A stretch of 64,000 nt of DNA from Anthoceros angustus (Eukaryota; Plantae; Anthocerotophyta). The notes beneath the pieces were generated by a model. The model saw only the letters and a program-made list of their open reading frames with translations, ran no database searches and was not told the DNA's origin. Shown one piece after another: positions 34,852-48,000 of this stretch. The translations under genes were made by a program, and so were the position numbers. The stretch lies in contig MU008230.1 of NCBI GenBank assembly GCA_010909165.1, positions 55,769-119,768 of the forward strand, written 5' to 3'. Positions within the stretch are counted from its first letter, which is position 1, and each line of letters opens with the position of its first letter.

Positions 34852-37150
34852 AAGAAATGGGATGACAAAGAGGTAAAGCTCCTCTTCATTTGGCTATTCC
34901 GACCGTCCAGGAAGCTTACAAAAGCTATTCGCCCTTGGATCAGAGGAGGTTATTCTTTCGCGGATGTCCGCCATGTGAATCCCATCTTCTCAAACTTACT
35001 TTCCTGAGCTCCATCCATCAACCCCTTACCCGATTGCCACCGGGCATTTAGGGTGTCCCCTCCTTGACCTTGGGCGAGGCATATGATGAATTACCATCCT
35101 CTTTACTTCAAGATCAAGGAGGTCCTTTCCCACAACACTTACAACTTGACCAGCCCGGCCCCACCCACCTACAGCTCACATAGCTTAGCCGGGATCGGCT
35201 GCATCCTTCACCGTACAAATCCGGACCGAGAGGTAATCCCAATCCAGTCACAGCCCTCTTTGAAACTAAAACCCGCGTCTAGGTCCCAACCCGGTTGTAT
35301 ATTGCTACCCGATGGGAGTAGTCTTTCCTTACAAATGTTCAGGTTCCTGAAGGTCCACGAGAGAAATCGACCAACCCAGGAATGAGTGGAAAGAACCTCC
35401 CTACACACACAGGGAGACACACCTTGGTAGGCGGATCATTTACCAATCTGAGGGCGAGGTGCACCTTTACACACCACATCACCTTGATCGATTCACGACT
35501 AGTCATGCACGAGGCGCTATCACTTGAATTTGAGAATGCGAGGGCGTACCTACTTCCATTGGACTCTCAGGCCACACAGAATAGGCGGCGGTGCAATCGA
35601 GAATGCTGACTCCTGCCCATCACGAAAAAACTTTTGGACACTCACGGTTTGCCACAGCGAGCGGAAAAGCAATCTCCTGCAAGTGGACATTCAGAAGGAA
35701 GCTCAACCCGGATGGAAGGATCTCACGTTACAAAGCGAGATTGGTGGCCCGTGGCTTCACTCAAATCCCAAGTTTCGACTATGAAGAAAATAGGCTTTTC
35801 AGCCTTGTAGTGAAGTCAACATCAATCAGGATACTCCTGGCCCTCGCTGCCCAGCACAAGATGGACATCCACCAAGTAGACATTAAAACAGCCTTCTTGT
35901 ACGGGACACTTCATGAAGAAATATACATGCTGCAGCCACCTGGCTTCGCAAAGGACCCGACCAAAGTATGTAAGCTGCTCAAATCTCTATACGGACTTAA
36001 GCAATTTGCACAAGTTTGGAATGAGACTGTGGATCTGTACCTTAAAGCATGTGGGTTCGTACCTCTTACCGCTGATTCAAGCGTATACATGCTAAGGACT
36101 TGCAAAGACAAGTTCGTCATAGTCACTCTCTACGTAGATGACAACTTCATCTTTGGAAGTGATCAGCAGCTCGTACAACCACGTCAGGGCACACATTATC
36201 CAAGCGGTCTCACGAGATAGCCGACGGGCGGAAAAGCATCCTCAAGTACGCGCACTTGGAGTACGCGATTCGAAGGAGGAACTCTGCGAGAACCATTCTT
36301 CTTCACCCAAAGAAACCTTTGCGTCGAATAGTTGCTCTCAAGATTCAACCTCAAAGATGCAAAGCCAATTCCAGCTCCCGCATGGCAGGCAGAAGGACAC
36401 AGGTATCGACCATGTATTTGCCCCAACTCCTGAGCAGGCAATTAGGGAAATGGAACACATACCTTACAATGAGGCGATTGCTTTACTTGCTACTTATCCG
36501 ATATGGACAAAATAGACCCGGATATTGCCCAGGCAGTCAATATAGCTTCGAGATACCTGTCCAACCCTGGCATGGCACACTGGACAAGCGACAAGAGGAT
36601 ACTATGCTACCTCAAAGGCACCAAGTCCCTAGGCATATACTGAGGAGGTGACCATGTATAAAGCAGATACTACTCACGGCTTTTCATATCTTTGATTGGG
36701 CGGGTGACCCGTCTTGGAAAAATCGTATATTTGTCGGTACGTGCGCATGATGATAAACTCCATTGCGGTGTCACAGGCATGTAAGAAGATGCAAACCGTG
36801 CATACATGTTCATCCACAGGCGGGTATCTTTCGCAACCTCGCCTTGGCGGCTAAAGAATACTATGGATCGGTAGGCGGTTCTGCCGCGACATCCGCGAAA
36901 GCAAAGATCATTACACGAGTTATTGTGCGACAACCAATCCGCTATCGCCATGACTCTGAACGGGCTTGCGATGTGCATTACATGCGAGAGCAAGCCGTCA
37001 AGATCGGCACCACTTCATCGAGGCGGTGGTGGCGAACAAAACTGCTGTGAGACTTGATATATGTGAGCACAAACGAGAACATTGCAGATCTCCTTACGAA
37101 GGGATTGCCAAAGCAGCTACACGACAAGCATGTGGAAGGATAGTCTTCGG
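34852..37150 (+). pseudogene. Copia C integrase C-terminus, RT, RNase H (frameshifted)
   Basis: KKWDDK, CKWTFRRKLNPDGRISRYKARLVARGF, QVDIKTAFLYG, LYVDD, IADLLTKG-like. Confidence 0.9.
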
Positions 37151-37801
37151 CCAAGAGAGACTTATCTGGAGGCGCACGGTCGGCCTACTAAAGGAGGCCG
37201 GCCAACAAGTGGCGGCCGGCGAGCGCTGACATCTCGGTCGTCCGGCGTGAGGAGGTTGAGCCGTTGCGACCCTGAACCTTTCCATGCTGACACTTTCTTT
37301 CATGTGCTGCTTGCGTTCAGGCACAGCGGCAACTCCATGATGTTTCTTTTTTGGTATCGTGCGCTTGGATCTTTCACCCGATTCGCTCGAGACTCTCACG
37401 CATATGCGCGATTGCTTTGGATGATGCAACTCGTGGTATGCCGTAAAAGGTTCACTGAGATACTCGACAGAGGCGCAGGCACCAATTGGAAGCGGGCGTG
37501 CAACATAGTTGCCATCTCGAGAGGGTGAGGGGCAGATGTTATGCTCTATCCGCCGGTTGAGAGTGTTGTAACAAATCGTTTAATTGTATGCTTGCGCCCG
37601 GACTAGGGGGAATAATGCTTGGAGATTAGGGCACACGTTCACTTAGGGTTCTCTGAGTGGAATTAAAGTAGTTACCAATATGGCAAGTAAAAGTAGCTTG
37701 AGGCGAGTTCAATTTGCTGTAACTCAAACATGTATTTAAGAGTTCAACGGATTGCATGAATAAACAATGCTTTTCTTCTACATTCTCGTCACATTGCTTT
37801 A

Positions 37802-38643
37802 GCGGGGGTAGAGGTCATCGTAGCAGAACCGAAGGGGCAACCTCGGAGCCTGCGCCAGCAGGCATGTGAGATAAGCCAGAGGAGGAGATGGTAGGCGGTG
37901 ATTAAGGGCTGCCCAGGCTGGCCACGATTCGAGAATAAGTGTAATAAAGGCCTTAGCCTTGGGCGTAATTATAAGAGGGCAGGCGGCTCTGATAAAGTAT
38001 CTCTCTTGGGGTGGACACAGCGTTTCGTTTATAGACCCTTGTGCGTCTTGGCCTAGCGTGTTGCCACAGGTCACTTGGCGGGCACGGCCGGCTCACGGAG
38101 AGGCCCAGTCTGAGATCTTGAGTTGATGGACCCTAGCGTGTGGTGGTGTGTGTGCGGTGCAAGAAGCGATCATGGACCCTTGCTCGTCCGGGCGGCGTCG
38201 GACGGGCCGGAGCCAGCGTGGTGGGGAACTCGGGAAGGTGTCACGAGCCTAGGCGGAGAAGCCGGGCGGGCAGCTGAGAGGTCCAGAACCACATGGCCAC
38301 CACAGCTCTTTTTCAAAGTGAAGTGGCGAGAGAGTGTGGAAGGAGGTGGGGAGTAGACTAGACAAGCGAGAGAGCGGATTGATAAGAATGCAGCCTGACG
38401 AGGTCCTTAAATGTTTAGCCACCATGCAGGCCTATTAAATTGGTGAAAGGTTAAAGAGTAGTTAGTCATGGGACCGTGCACGCCATGCAGCTTTCCGAGG
38501 TCAAGAATGATCGATGACGTTAGGATGAGAATCCCGGTTGGCACGTGCCAAGCAGAAGCTTATCATTCTCTTGGGAATGGACCCCTTGCTACTAGCGACC
38601 GGGATTGTCTCTTACAGGTGGCCGTCACGGTAGTCGCGCCGCA
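37802..38643 (+). repeat. Putative 3' part of a gypsy LTR (5' part 25706-25820) split by copia C, followed by a PBS-like tggcgccc at 38647
   Basis: Purine run gggaggagga then TG at 25706; ends CA at 38643; PBS-like site; gag downstream. Confidence 0.4.
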
Positions 38644-38899
38644 TTTTGGCGCCCTTCGAGGAATGAAATTGTTCCGTAGCATAGTGTGGAGTAAGGTTGA
38701 ATGCGTGGGGCGTGAGGTAGTTAGAGCAATTCTTTGAGTGGGCAGGACGTTGTAGCACGGGGGCGCTCGAGCTCGGGAGCAGGAAGCGGTGGCAAGCTCA
38801 GCGTGAGAGTTCAGCCGGCGGTAAGCGCGATGATTTTGTCGAACCCGTGAGGAGGGCGTGGTATAAAGGCGGTGGCATGAGGGCGTTCCTCAGCGCTGG

Positions 38900-40150
38900 G
38901 CTGCGGCGGCGATGGCGATAGCGTCGACAAAGCAAGCATACTCCCTCTTTGGGGAAAGAAGGAGCGGGATCACGGAAACAGCCGTGGAGGATTTCGTGTC
39001 TCGGCGAACTTCAGCGGCTCGGACGCACTCATTCGGTGTGGGGTTCTTGAGGGGAACGGCGGCTGGGTGAGTGGAGGAAGTACCGGGCACGCCCCTGCGA
39101 CCTTTGAGCGAGAGGATGCCTTCTGGAGAGATTCCGTGGAATCAACCGGGAAGGCTACGTCTGTCAAGGTCGAGTCGGGCGAGGAAAAGAGTAGTTGGGA
39201 TCGTCATCGAGCGGTTCTCGCCATCCGGACCCGGCATCCCACCCACACCACCACGTGCGGGTGCGGTGGTTCGCGGCCCGGCCTAAGCAATGATGGCTAA
39301 GCATGTCTTGCTACTGGCGGAGGAAGGATGTGAGTAAAGGCGGTTCGTGGCCGAGAGAACTATGAAGAATCGATGCCAGAAGGACGAGGGCGACTCAAGG
39401 AGGGAAGAAGAAAAAGAAGAGACGGGGTTCGGAATCTGAAGATGAAGAGCCCTCGGAAGAAGGTGAAGAGGCGGGAGGCTACTTCGAGGACGGAGGAGAT
39501 CTCAGGAAGAATCAAAGTCTCTCTGGAGGAAGAGGAACCCCGCTTGCAAAATAAGAAGAAGAGGCCGTGGTGAAGCGAAGGGCCCAGGAAAAAAAATCTG
39601 ATGCTGCTCGGTAGCGAGAGGCTCCACCGTCCGACCCTTAAAAAGTAGCGGGTTTGAGGAAGACTTGGAGGCGGGTAATGAAGAGGTGGAAGAGTTAGCG
39701 ATCAACGGTGAAGGACCGTGAGTGGCGGAAAGCGGTCACCACGGTCCGGACCCATTTATGGTGCGCGGTGTGCCACCAGCATGGGCATTCAAAGGCCAAC
39801 TGCCCTTCCAGACCCGTGAACCAAGTAGGTCGACTACGGGGAAGAGTCAGGAAGCAATGGGGGACGCTTGCAGTCTGAGGAAGCACCTCAGGTAGCGATA
39901 TCCAAAAAGCGATGTATCCTACGGCGGCTTGACCCATCCATGCACCGCCCTCGATGCAGCCCGCATGGGAGCACCTCCAAGGATTCTTTGGGTGGCGGTG
40001 GTCTGCTGGAACCCGGGCATTACTCCAACGCACGCCCATACCCCACCGGGCAAGGTGCGAGATTTTGAGGCCTTTGTGTGGGGATTTCAGCCCGGTGGGA
40101 CATAGTAGGCGATTACCTTGTGCTCGAATCCTCGCTCAAGGGCCAGTGCG
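38900..40150 (+). pseudogene. Gypsy gag remnant with CCHC zinc knuckle (element F)
   Basis: CAVCHQHGHSKANC at 39762-39803; Retrotrans_gag-like AFLERFRG and ESVxxxIERF pieces across frameshifts; second degenerate knuckle at about 40075-40115. Confidence 0.65.
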
Positions 40151-40260
40151 TTCGCCACCCGGTACAGGCCGCGTCCGCCTACACCCCCCCTCCCCAAGGC
40201 CGCGCCGGTGCTGCAAATTGAAGATGCACAGTTGGCGGAGTGGGAGGAGACACCGAGGGT

Positions 40261-43200
40261 TACGAAATTCAGGCAAATGCAGATCAATTAATCATATTGA
40301 TAATTACATTGTGTATCAAGAACATACATAAACATGTACACTACTTAAAATATGAAAAGACAACTTAACTTGACTTATGAATCATCGTGACCTAATCAAG
40401 CACGCAACCCTAATGAAAAGGTATGTAGCTATAACTTAACTAAACCCCCGAACCCTAATCATCTATCCAACATGTATATTCCTTTACTCCCACTTGTTGG
40501 TGATGATTTCTTATCGCTCCGGTCCATTTGCAGACTACCCATGGGGCGTGGTTCAAGTGTTTTCACTCCTAGAGCTCCATAGCCAACAACTCACTGTGCT
40601 ATTCGCCCGACTTCCACCAAGTCAGAAAGATGCTTTCGCCATGAAGCCGGCGGAGATAAGGTCGCGTTTCCTTATAACTGGCATATTTCATTACGCTCTC
40701 ACTCGCGCTCACGCAACGAGTTGTTCATCTCGACGCCATGGCTTCCTCGAGACTCACTCACGAGCCTTGTCCTAAGCGCAGCTGATTCCAAAGGAAGATT
40801 TGCAGCTAGTGCACCAGCTAGGACAACTACCACACCAGAGCCTCTCGTCGATTCTTTGCGGAAGGTGTGAAGCTGAAGTAGGGAGACCTAGGGGCACCAC
40901 CAAAGCTTTCTTGGAGCGGCCGTCATACTAAAGGCTGCCCTCAAGGAGAAACAAAGAATGGGTGGCCCTTCCCCCACCAGCAGCCAAGGCGTAGCAAAGG
41001 CGGCTACCATCAAGCGTAAGGAACCTCACTTTGCATATTCGGACGAGACTCACCGCACTCCACAGATATTTCCTAGGCCCTCCCGACAAGGACGTTAAAC
41101 GAGGATTGCCATGCGGGGCTGTTAAACATCCACGCTCCCTCGTGTGGTACAAAGTGTGGCTTGGTTGCAACGTGTTCACCATGAAGAGGATTGACGTCCA
41201 AATCTATGGAGCTCCTCCAGCCACGTTATTAGTACCTAGTAAGCATTTACAGCCCTTTCCTTTTCGTTGTCGCTATTTTCAGCTTGTGGTAATCCTCACA
41301 TATGCTCCCATTGTTCTGTCTAAGGTCTACCAAAAGAATTGAAGAGGAGGTGACCTAGACCGAGGAGGCCGAATTTCCTCTGAGGAGCGACAAGTCGAAC
41401 TCTCCCAAGACAGATGAGAGTTTCTCTTACAGCACACACTTATGATCACAACTCCTATGAGGATGAGGAGTCGAATCTAAGTCACTGCTCGGAGTCAATA
41501 GACTTTTTACTCTTGATTCGCTTTTGACTGGATATTAGAAGCTCATCACGTGACTTGGGACAGAGAGAGTTTCGAGCTCTCCCATCCCGGACTTTTTGCA
41601 TGAGCATCTCTGCTCAAAGCTTTGGTTAATATGTCTGCTGGGTTATCCTGTGTAGGCACATATTGCAGTTCAATTTTTCCTTCTGCTACCAGCCCCCTGA
41701 TGTAGTGATATTCAACCTCTACGTGTTTCGTGCGTGCATGGAAGACTGGATTTTTCGCTAGCGCCATTGAACCTTGGTTGTCTGTGTGGATAGTTGTGCA
41801 AGTAGGTATAGGAATTCCGAGCTCCTTAAATAGCAACTTACACGGACTATCTCTTCTGTCAGACCTTCAGATTCGGTAGAGGGGCAACCGTGGCTACCTT
41901 TTTACTCGACCAAAAGATACGTCCTCCAACCTTGGATATCACATACCCGTAGAGATTTCACGCTATCCACGTCTCGGCCTAGTCGAGTCCGTAAACACCT
42001 CAAGGTCTAAAGGTCTTCCTTTTATGTATCGCTAGCTAATTCCCAAGCTTGTGCCCCTTCGTATCTAAATGCCCTCTTTTGCTTGTCCGATTACTCAGGC
42101 ACAGGTTCTCTAAGAATCGGATAGCACGCTTGTAGTATTACTTCCAACCTTGTAGTGTTACTTGCATAAATCGCTAACGCATACACTGTAAGGAACCCCT
42201 ATCATTTGTTCCTTTCCTTGTTGAAGGTGACATAAGCTTACTAAACACATCTACATTGGCATAAGTTGATGAAGGTTTCGCATCTTTAAGGCCAAGTTGT
42301 TCGCTCTCTAGAAGGTAAGCGTGGTTGGGTAGTCATTACTCTTGTTTGCCTATTCCTCTGAATATGTATCCCAAGATGCTTTGTAGAGGGCGAGGCTGGA
42401 CATCTTGAACTTAACTGCCAGCATATCTATAATGCTAGTGATGAAGGCTTGGTTGTTACTGGACAATATAAGATCGTCCACATACACTGCCAAATAGCGA
42501 TTACATCTCCTTCTTGTAGACGTATAAGCTATCACCGCTTTTACGAAACCTAACTCTATGATTCTGTCTAGAGCTGCGTTCCACTTCATTGCCGATTGCT
42601 TTAGGCCGTATAAGCATTTGATCAGCCTGAGAGCATAGTTTTCCTTTCCCTTAACCTCATATCCAGGTGGCTGCTGCATGTATATTTCTATGTCCAACTT
42701 TCCGTGAAGGAATGCTGTCTTGACATCATACATTTGCAGCTCATAATCGAAATGTGTGGATATTGCAAGGATGGTCCTGAGGGTGGCAAGCTTTACAACT
42801 GGAGCGAAGGTTTCGAGGTAGTCCACCAGAACTTGTGAAAAACCTCTAGCTACCAGCGAGCCTTGTACATCAAGGTACCATCGACTTTACTTTCAGCTTG
42901 AAGACCCATTTACAAGAAACCAACTTTCGACCAGGTGGTAACTCTGCAAGCTCCCAAGTGCCATTTTCTATTAGTGAGTCATACTCTGACTGGATGGCTT
43001 TTTTCCATTCTTTGTGGTCAGGTCTGCTCAACGCCTCCTGATAGGACTGTGGTTCTATAGGGTCCAGAGACGTGGCAGCATTGATCTCCACATCTGAAGA
43101 AGGGACTCTAAAGTCTAAGGCACGATAATAATCTGGAGGTTGCCGGTGACGAGACGGATATCGTCTAGGTGGTTCTTTAGGCAGAAGTTCTTGTTGGGCA

Positions 43201-45049
43201 GGCTGGTTGGCAATAGGAGCATCATCCGATTCCAGTCATTTTCAGCATTTGTTCATGCTGCTCAGGGTTTTCATCTGGATATTCATATACAGGAGGAGGT
43301 TGCTCCTGTAATCCAGGCTCGTTTTGATTTGGTTCTTTAGGCTCGATTACATGATCAGGTTCTGCAGCTTTGTCCTCATCGACTAACTCAAAACCTGCTG
43401 GATCATCCCCACCTGCAGGAGCAACATCCTCATGGTGGACAGCCTGAGTCCCATGATCAGTTTGGTCAAAATGTGAGTCAGAGAAGCCTGTTGTATCGTC
43501 ATCTGGATTGAGAACAGGATTCTCAACAGCTCCCATTGATGCCCAAGTGCGGCTTTCATCAAAGGTGACACTCCTGGCATACACTATCTTGTTTTTAGGG
43601 ACATCATAGCTTATAGGCTTTGATTCCTTCTGTATACCCTATCATGAGGAGCTTTCTAGCCTTATCCGATAGCTTCTTCCTCTTTTCCTTAGGTATAAAG
43701 GCATACGCCACACAAATGCGGTGAAGGGCGATGGCTTCACGACACATAAAGGCTTCGTGAGGAGTTAAGCCCTGGCCCAAGCTGTGGTAGGCAACCTGTT
43801 CTTGAGATATGTCGAAGTCATGATGGCTTCTGCCCAATATGGCAAGGAATTTGGCGGCGTGATGGAGCAAGGAAGAGGTCATTTCACAAGGAGTTAGGTT
43901 GACCGGCTTTCGGCTACTCCGTTGTTGAGTGTAGACCCTTTGTGGCGACCAATGTGCCTTGACTAATGATAGCTTTGAAATTCCTTGGAAGTAAATTCTC
44001 CCCCATTATCTGATCTCAAGGTCTTGAGTTGCTTTCCAGTCCACCTTTCAGCGTATTTGATATAATCTACGATGGTGAAACATTCATTTTACCTTGGGAT
44101 GCAAGTGGTAACAAACTTTGGTCTTATCATGCATGAGCGATGGAAGTATCTACCACCTATGGACTCTGAGTGGTCCACATGAGTGCTGTATAGACTAGTT
44201 CAGGACTTCCAAGCCACCTGGTGCCTTGTTCTTGAAGGCAGCTTGGTGTCTTTTGGAGAGCACACACGATTCACACAGTGGAAGGGGAGCCATTGTCCCG
44301 ATCGGTCCATCCTGGTACAGGTCACTAACAGCTAATCTTTGAAGTTTTGCTGTGTGTGGGTGACCTAGTCTTGCATGCCACAACTTAGATTTTTCTATTT
44401 GTTGTGCAGAGGCAGTAGTAATGTCTCGTGTAAGGTGAGAAGCTGGAATACCACTATTGATGTGAAGGCAAGCGGTCATGATGCAGCAGCCCATGGTAAG
44501 TATTTTCCTATGATCAAATCGTCCGGTGATTGACATTACATCCTCATGAAGAGCATGTAGCGGTTGTTGTCGACATTCGACTTCGGTGAAATCAAGTTTC
44601 TAGTCATATACATGGCAGACTTCGAGGTTAACTTCGCCTGATGGAGGCTGAGGTCTGGTCTCAATAGCCACGACCGAGGAGACACAGTGATGCATCTCAT
44701 CACCTAGGTATACGTACTGATCCTTAACTGATTTGTACGTTTGAAAAGATGCTTTGTCAAAACAAATATGGTATAACTTTGTGTCCAAGTACGAGTCCCT
44801 CTGGGTCTAACCTCTAATTTTTGGTACAACGATGACAGCGGGGAAGCAATGTGAACTTGCAAACACTCGTGTACCTACTGTGAGGGCTGAAGGGGTAGGT
44901 TGCTTCTTCACAACCACGTGAGTCTCCGCACTAGATGTACCCTCCTTGCGAGGAACACCGGCTTGCTTCTTTCTACACTCACGTTCCCAGTGACCAGGTA
45001 ACTTGCACCAATTGCAGCTTCTTGTCCTTTTGGGTTTCTTCTGGCTGGC
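40261..45049 (-). mobile_element. Ty1/copia element D3 (3' LTR 40261-40486, PPT 40487-40497, RH, RT, IN, PR, gag knuckle), 5' end cut by B2
   Basis: ARTKHVEVEYHYIR...DNPADILTKAL, DVKTAFLHG, CKWVFKLK, LWHARLGH, CNWCKLPGHWEREC. Confidence 0.88.
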
Positions 45050-48000
45050 TGTGGTTTGGGAAAACCCGGGGCACTCCCGAGGTCCTCCCACTATAAGCGC
45101 CACACTTATCACTTTATCGCCCAAATGCGTTGGGTTTCGTCCCATGAGACTTGTGTGAAAGTTCGAGGCCTTGTGATCACGATGCCACCGCAGACACAAC
45201 TTCTCAGCCTCTAAACAAGCAAGGCGCCTACTCTCCCTCTCTGCACCAGCACCGCTTGCATCAAAATACCAATCCTCGACCTACAACGACAAACAAATTG
45301 CAGGTCCCGCCTCAGCCGAGGAGCCTATCACGGCGCCTGTGGACCCCCGATCCACACCGCGATTTCGCCCTACTTAAGACCACTTCTTCCACCTGGGGAG
45401 CGCCTTTACTTGCAGATTTGGGATCGTCCCTTAGGCTCGCCTGTGGCCTTCCACTAACACCTACACCTCTAATCCTACTCATCTCTCATCTTCTCATCCT
45501 CTTCCTCCTATTCTAACCTCTTATTCGGCTTGCCTGACCGCCTCACGGCACAACCGCCTGGCCGCCTCCACCAAAGAAGTTCTTCCTTGGGCTATGAGTT
45601 TGACACTGACAATGAGAACCTCCAGGAGTCTTTCCGTCTACCCTCAAGCCGAGAGTTCCGGCATTGCCACACACCCAAAGCAAAGCAATTTCACAAAGAA
45701 CCATTCACAAGGGGAGCAACTGCTTAGGCACTTGTAAGAGCAAGTCCTCCACCAAGCACTCCGACCACCGCGACTTCCTCTACTGACGCGTTGGCTCACA
45801 CACGCACGAAATTCCTCCAGAATGGCAAAGGACTCATGAGGGTGGAAGCGCAAGACATGATACTTTACTTTGTGAAATCCTCCTCCTCTTATAGGAGGCC
45901 TTCCACATACAACCTCCCTTAGGTGACCCTCTGCGGGTCACCTTTTCCAATTTCTATTATTTCCTACCTTGACATTTAATACTAGCATCTAATTATGTCC
46001 TTGGTAAATTCTATTCTAGTAACTTCACCTAAGATCATCCTTAAAGGATGTCGTTATCTCCTTTCTATTCTTCTATCTAGCATTTATGGTCTTTGACCAT
46101 ATCTAGTCTTCACCTTTGGGGTGGGGCGCGTCCTTGTGGATTGGCTCCCTCGCCCTCCTTTTGCTCTTGCCCTTCCCGATCTTGTCATCTTCCTAATGTG
46201 TGGGGCAAGTACAATCTTGCCCTTCCTCCATCTCAGGCGCCTTCTGTCCTCCGGCAATCGCCCCCCTCGCCTCAGGCGCCCTTCTTCTCCAGCCTCCTGG
46301 CGCGTTCATCGGCACTACGCGGTAGTCGGCGGACTCGGGTAGGGTGACTACCATGGTAGTCGGTCTTTTTTCTTCTTCTCCCCTCGGCCTCTTGGGTTGG
46401 AATCTTCCGTGCTCCTTTCCTCTGTTTGATTTGTCATACCTATCATGGAGCATTCTCAAAGTTCTTCCTCCCCAATTGTCGGATTTCACTAATCCTCCGG
46501 GCCTTTTGCATGGCCTCCTCTCTCGGCGGGCCTTCCCTGCTCGTGGGGTGAGAACTTCTCACCCCTCCTTCTCGGGTCGGATCCGTCCTTGTCTCCTCTG
46601 GGTTGTCTCCCCCACCTCCTCTTCTATTCTGGTGTCACTGGCCCCGGCTCCTTCCTCACCCGGCCTCCGCGGCGGCTCCCAGCCCCATCGCGGTGCTTGC
46701 TCTGATGCGGACTACTCGGCGTGGTTTCTACCACGGTAGTGCGGACTACCGTGGGTGATCACCGTGGTAGGGTGACCCCGGAGGCGGTGTCCCCCTCCTT
46801 GCTCTCACGCCATCCCTTGGCCCTGCGCTCCTCCTTGACTCCTCAGTTCCTCGGAGTCCATGTCCTTGTAGCCTCATCAAAATCGAGGCCTCCAGTGCAC
46901 TGCTGTGCTCCTTCATCATCATGAGGACCCAATGTCCTCCTCTTGGCCAACCGTAGACCTCATTGTTGGCCTTCAAAATCTATTGTGGAGGTGAGCCCCA
47001 AGCTATGATATTGCATTTGGAGATCATCAATCTCAGCCACTCTCCATCCTCACACCTACCCTTGTAGGCATCTCTTGAGTGGTCAATTCTCCCACCTTGA
47101 CATGGAGGTACATTCTCCTCCTTGCTTCCTTGGTTGGCCAATTTTGCGAAGGGCATAATGCCAAAATCGCCTCTTCCTCACCAGCATCTGTACCACCTTC
47201 TTGTGGTGCTCCTCCTCTGGAACCTCCTTTCGGTCTCTTGCTTGGCAAGTCCCTTCCCTTCTCCGCTTGCCAAGCACTCTTTCTCTCTCGCTCTTGCTTG
47301 CGTCTTGAGCTCCAGCTCCTTCTCCTCCAAATTACGGGTCCTTCGCAATTCCTCTTCCATGTCCGGATCTTGATGGCTTGGGTAGCCATCACACTTTCTG
47401 CGTCCATTTGTTGGACGCCACCTTCTCCCTTCCTAGCCTCTGTTTTGCCCTTTCTCTTGCTCTGGGCAAAATGCTCTTACGCCTCCAAGTCCCGTTGGGT
47501 TGTTGCCGAATGGCTCTCTCCTCGATGCGACAACCTTCCCTCTAGGACCTTCTCCGCTCTCCATGGTCACAGTTGGAGCTTCTCCTGACCTTCTCGGCTT
47601 GTGCCTTCTCGTCGGACTCCATGGCTTGCCATTTTGTCCCTGCTTCCTCGGCCATGTCTTGGGCCTTCCTCTTGGCATGCCCACAAGGCTGCTAGTCCTA
47701 GCCCCTTCAAATCCACAGTGAGTGCTTCACAAGCACTCGGCAATTCTCCTAGGGGTCCCAATTCCACCCTTTGTTCTTGCTGGAAATTTCCAGCTCCCTT
47801 GCACTCCGGGCCGCCAGCCGGTCCCCTCACGTCGCATCCGCCCTTCCTCCAGCGGTGGTGGCGGCCTGGCGCCCCGCCTTTGCTTCTCCTTCCCTTCCAC
47901 CCTAGCACCTGGCGTGGGGTGCTTGCCTACAGCGGTGGCTGCTCCCCTGTGGTGCCTACCTGGTGGTGGCGCCTACCACGGTGATACACCCTCTTGGGTG

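Larger units (their letters stand above)
25821..37801 (+). mobile_element. Ty1/copia element C, full span with nested insertion 28535-34851
   Basis: LTRs 25821-26015 and 37566-37801 (both start tgttgta and end gcttta), degenerate Met PBS at 26016, GCGG on both flanks, gag-PR-IN before and IN end-RT-RH after the insertion. Confidence 0.8.
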
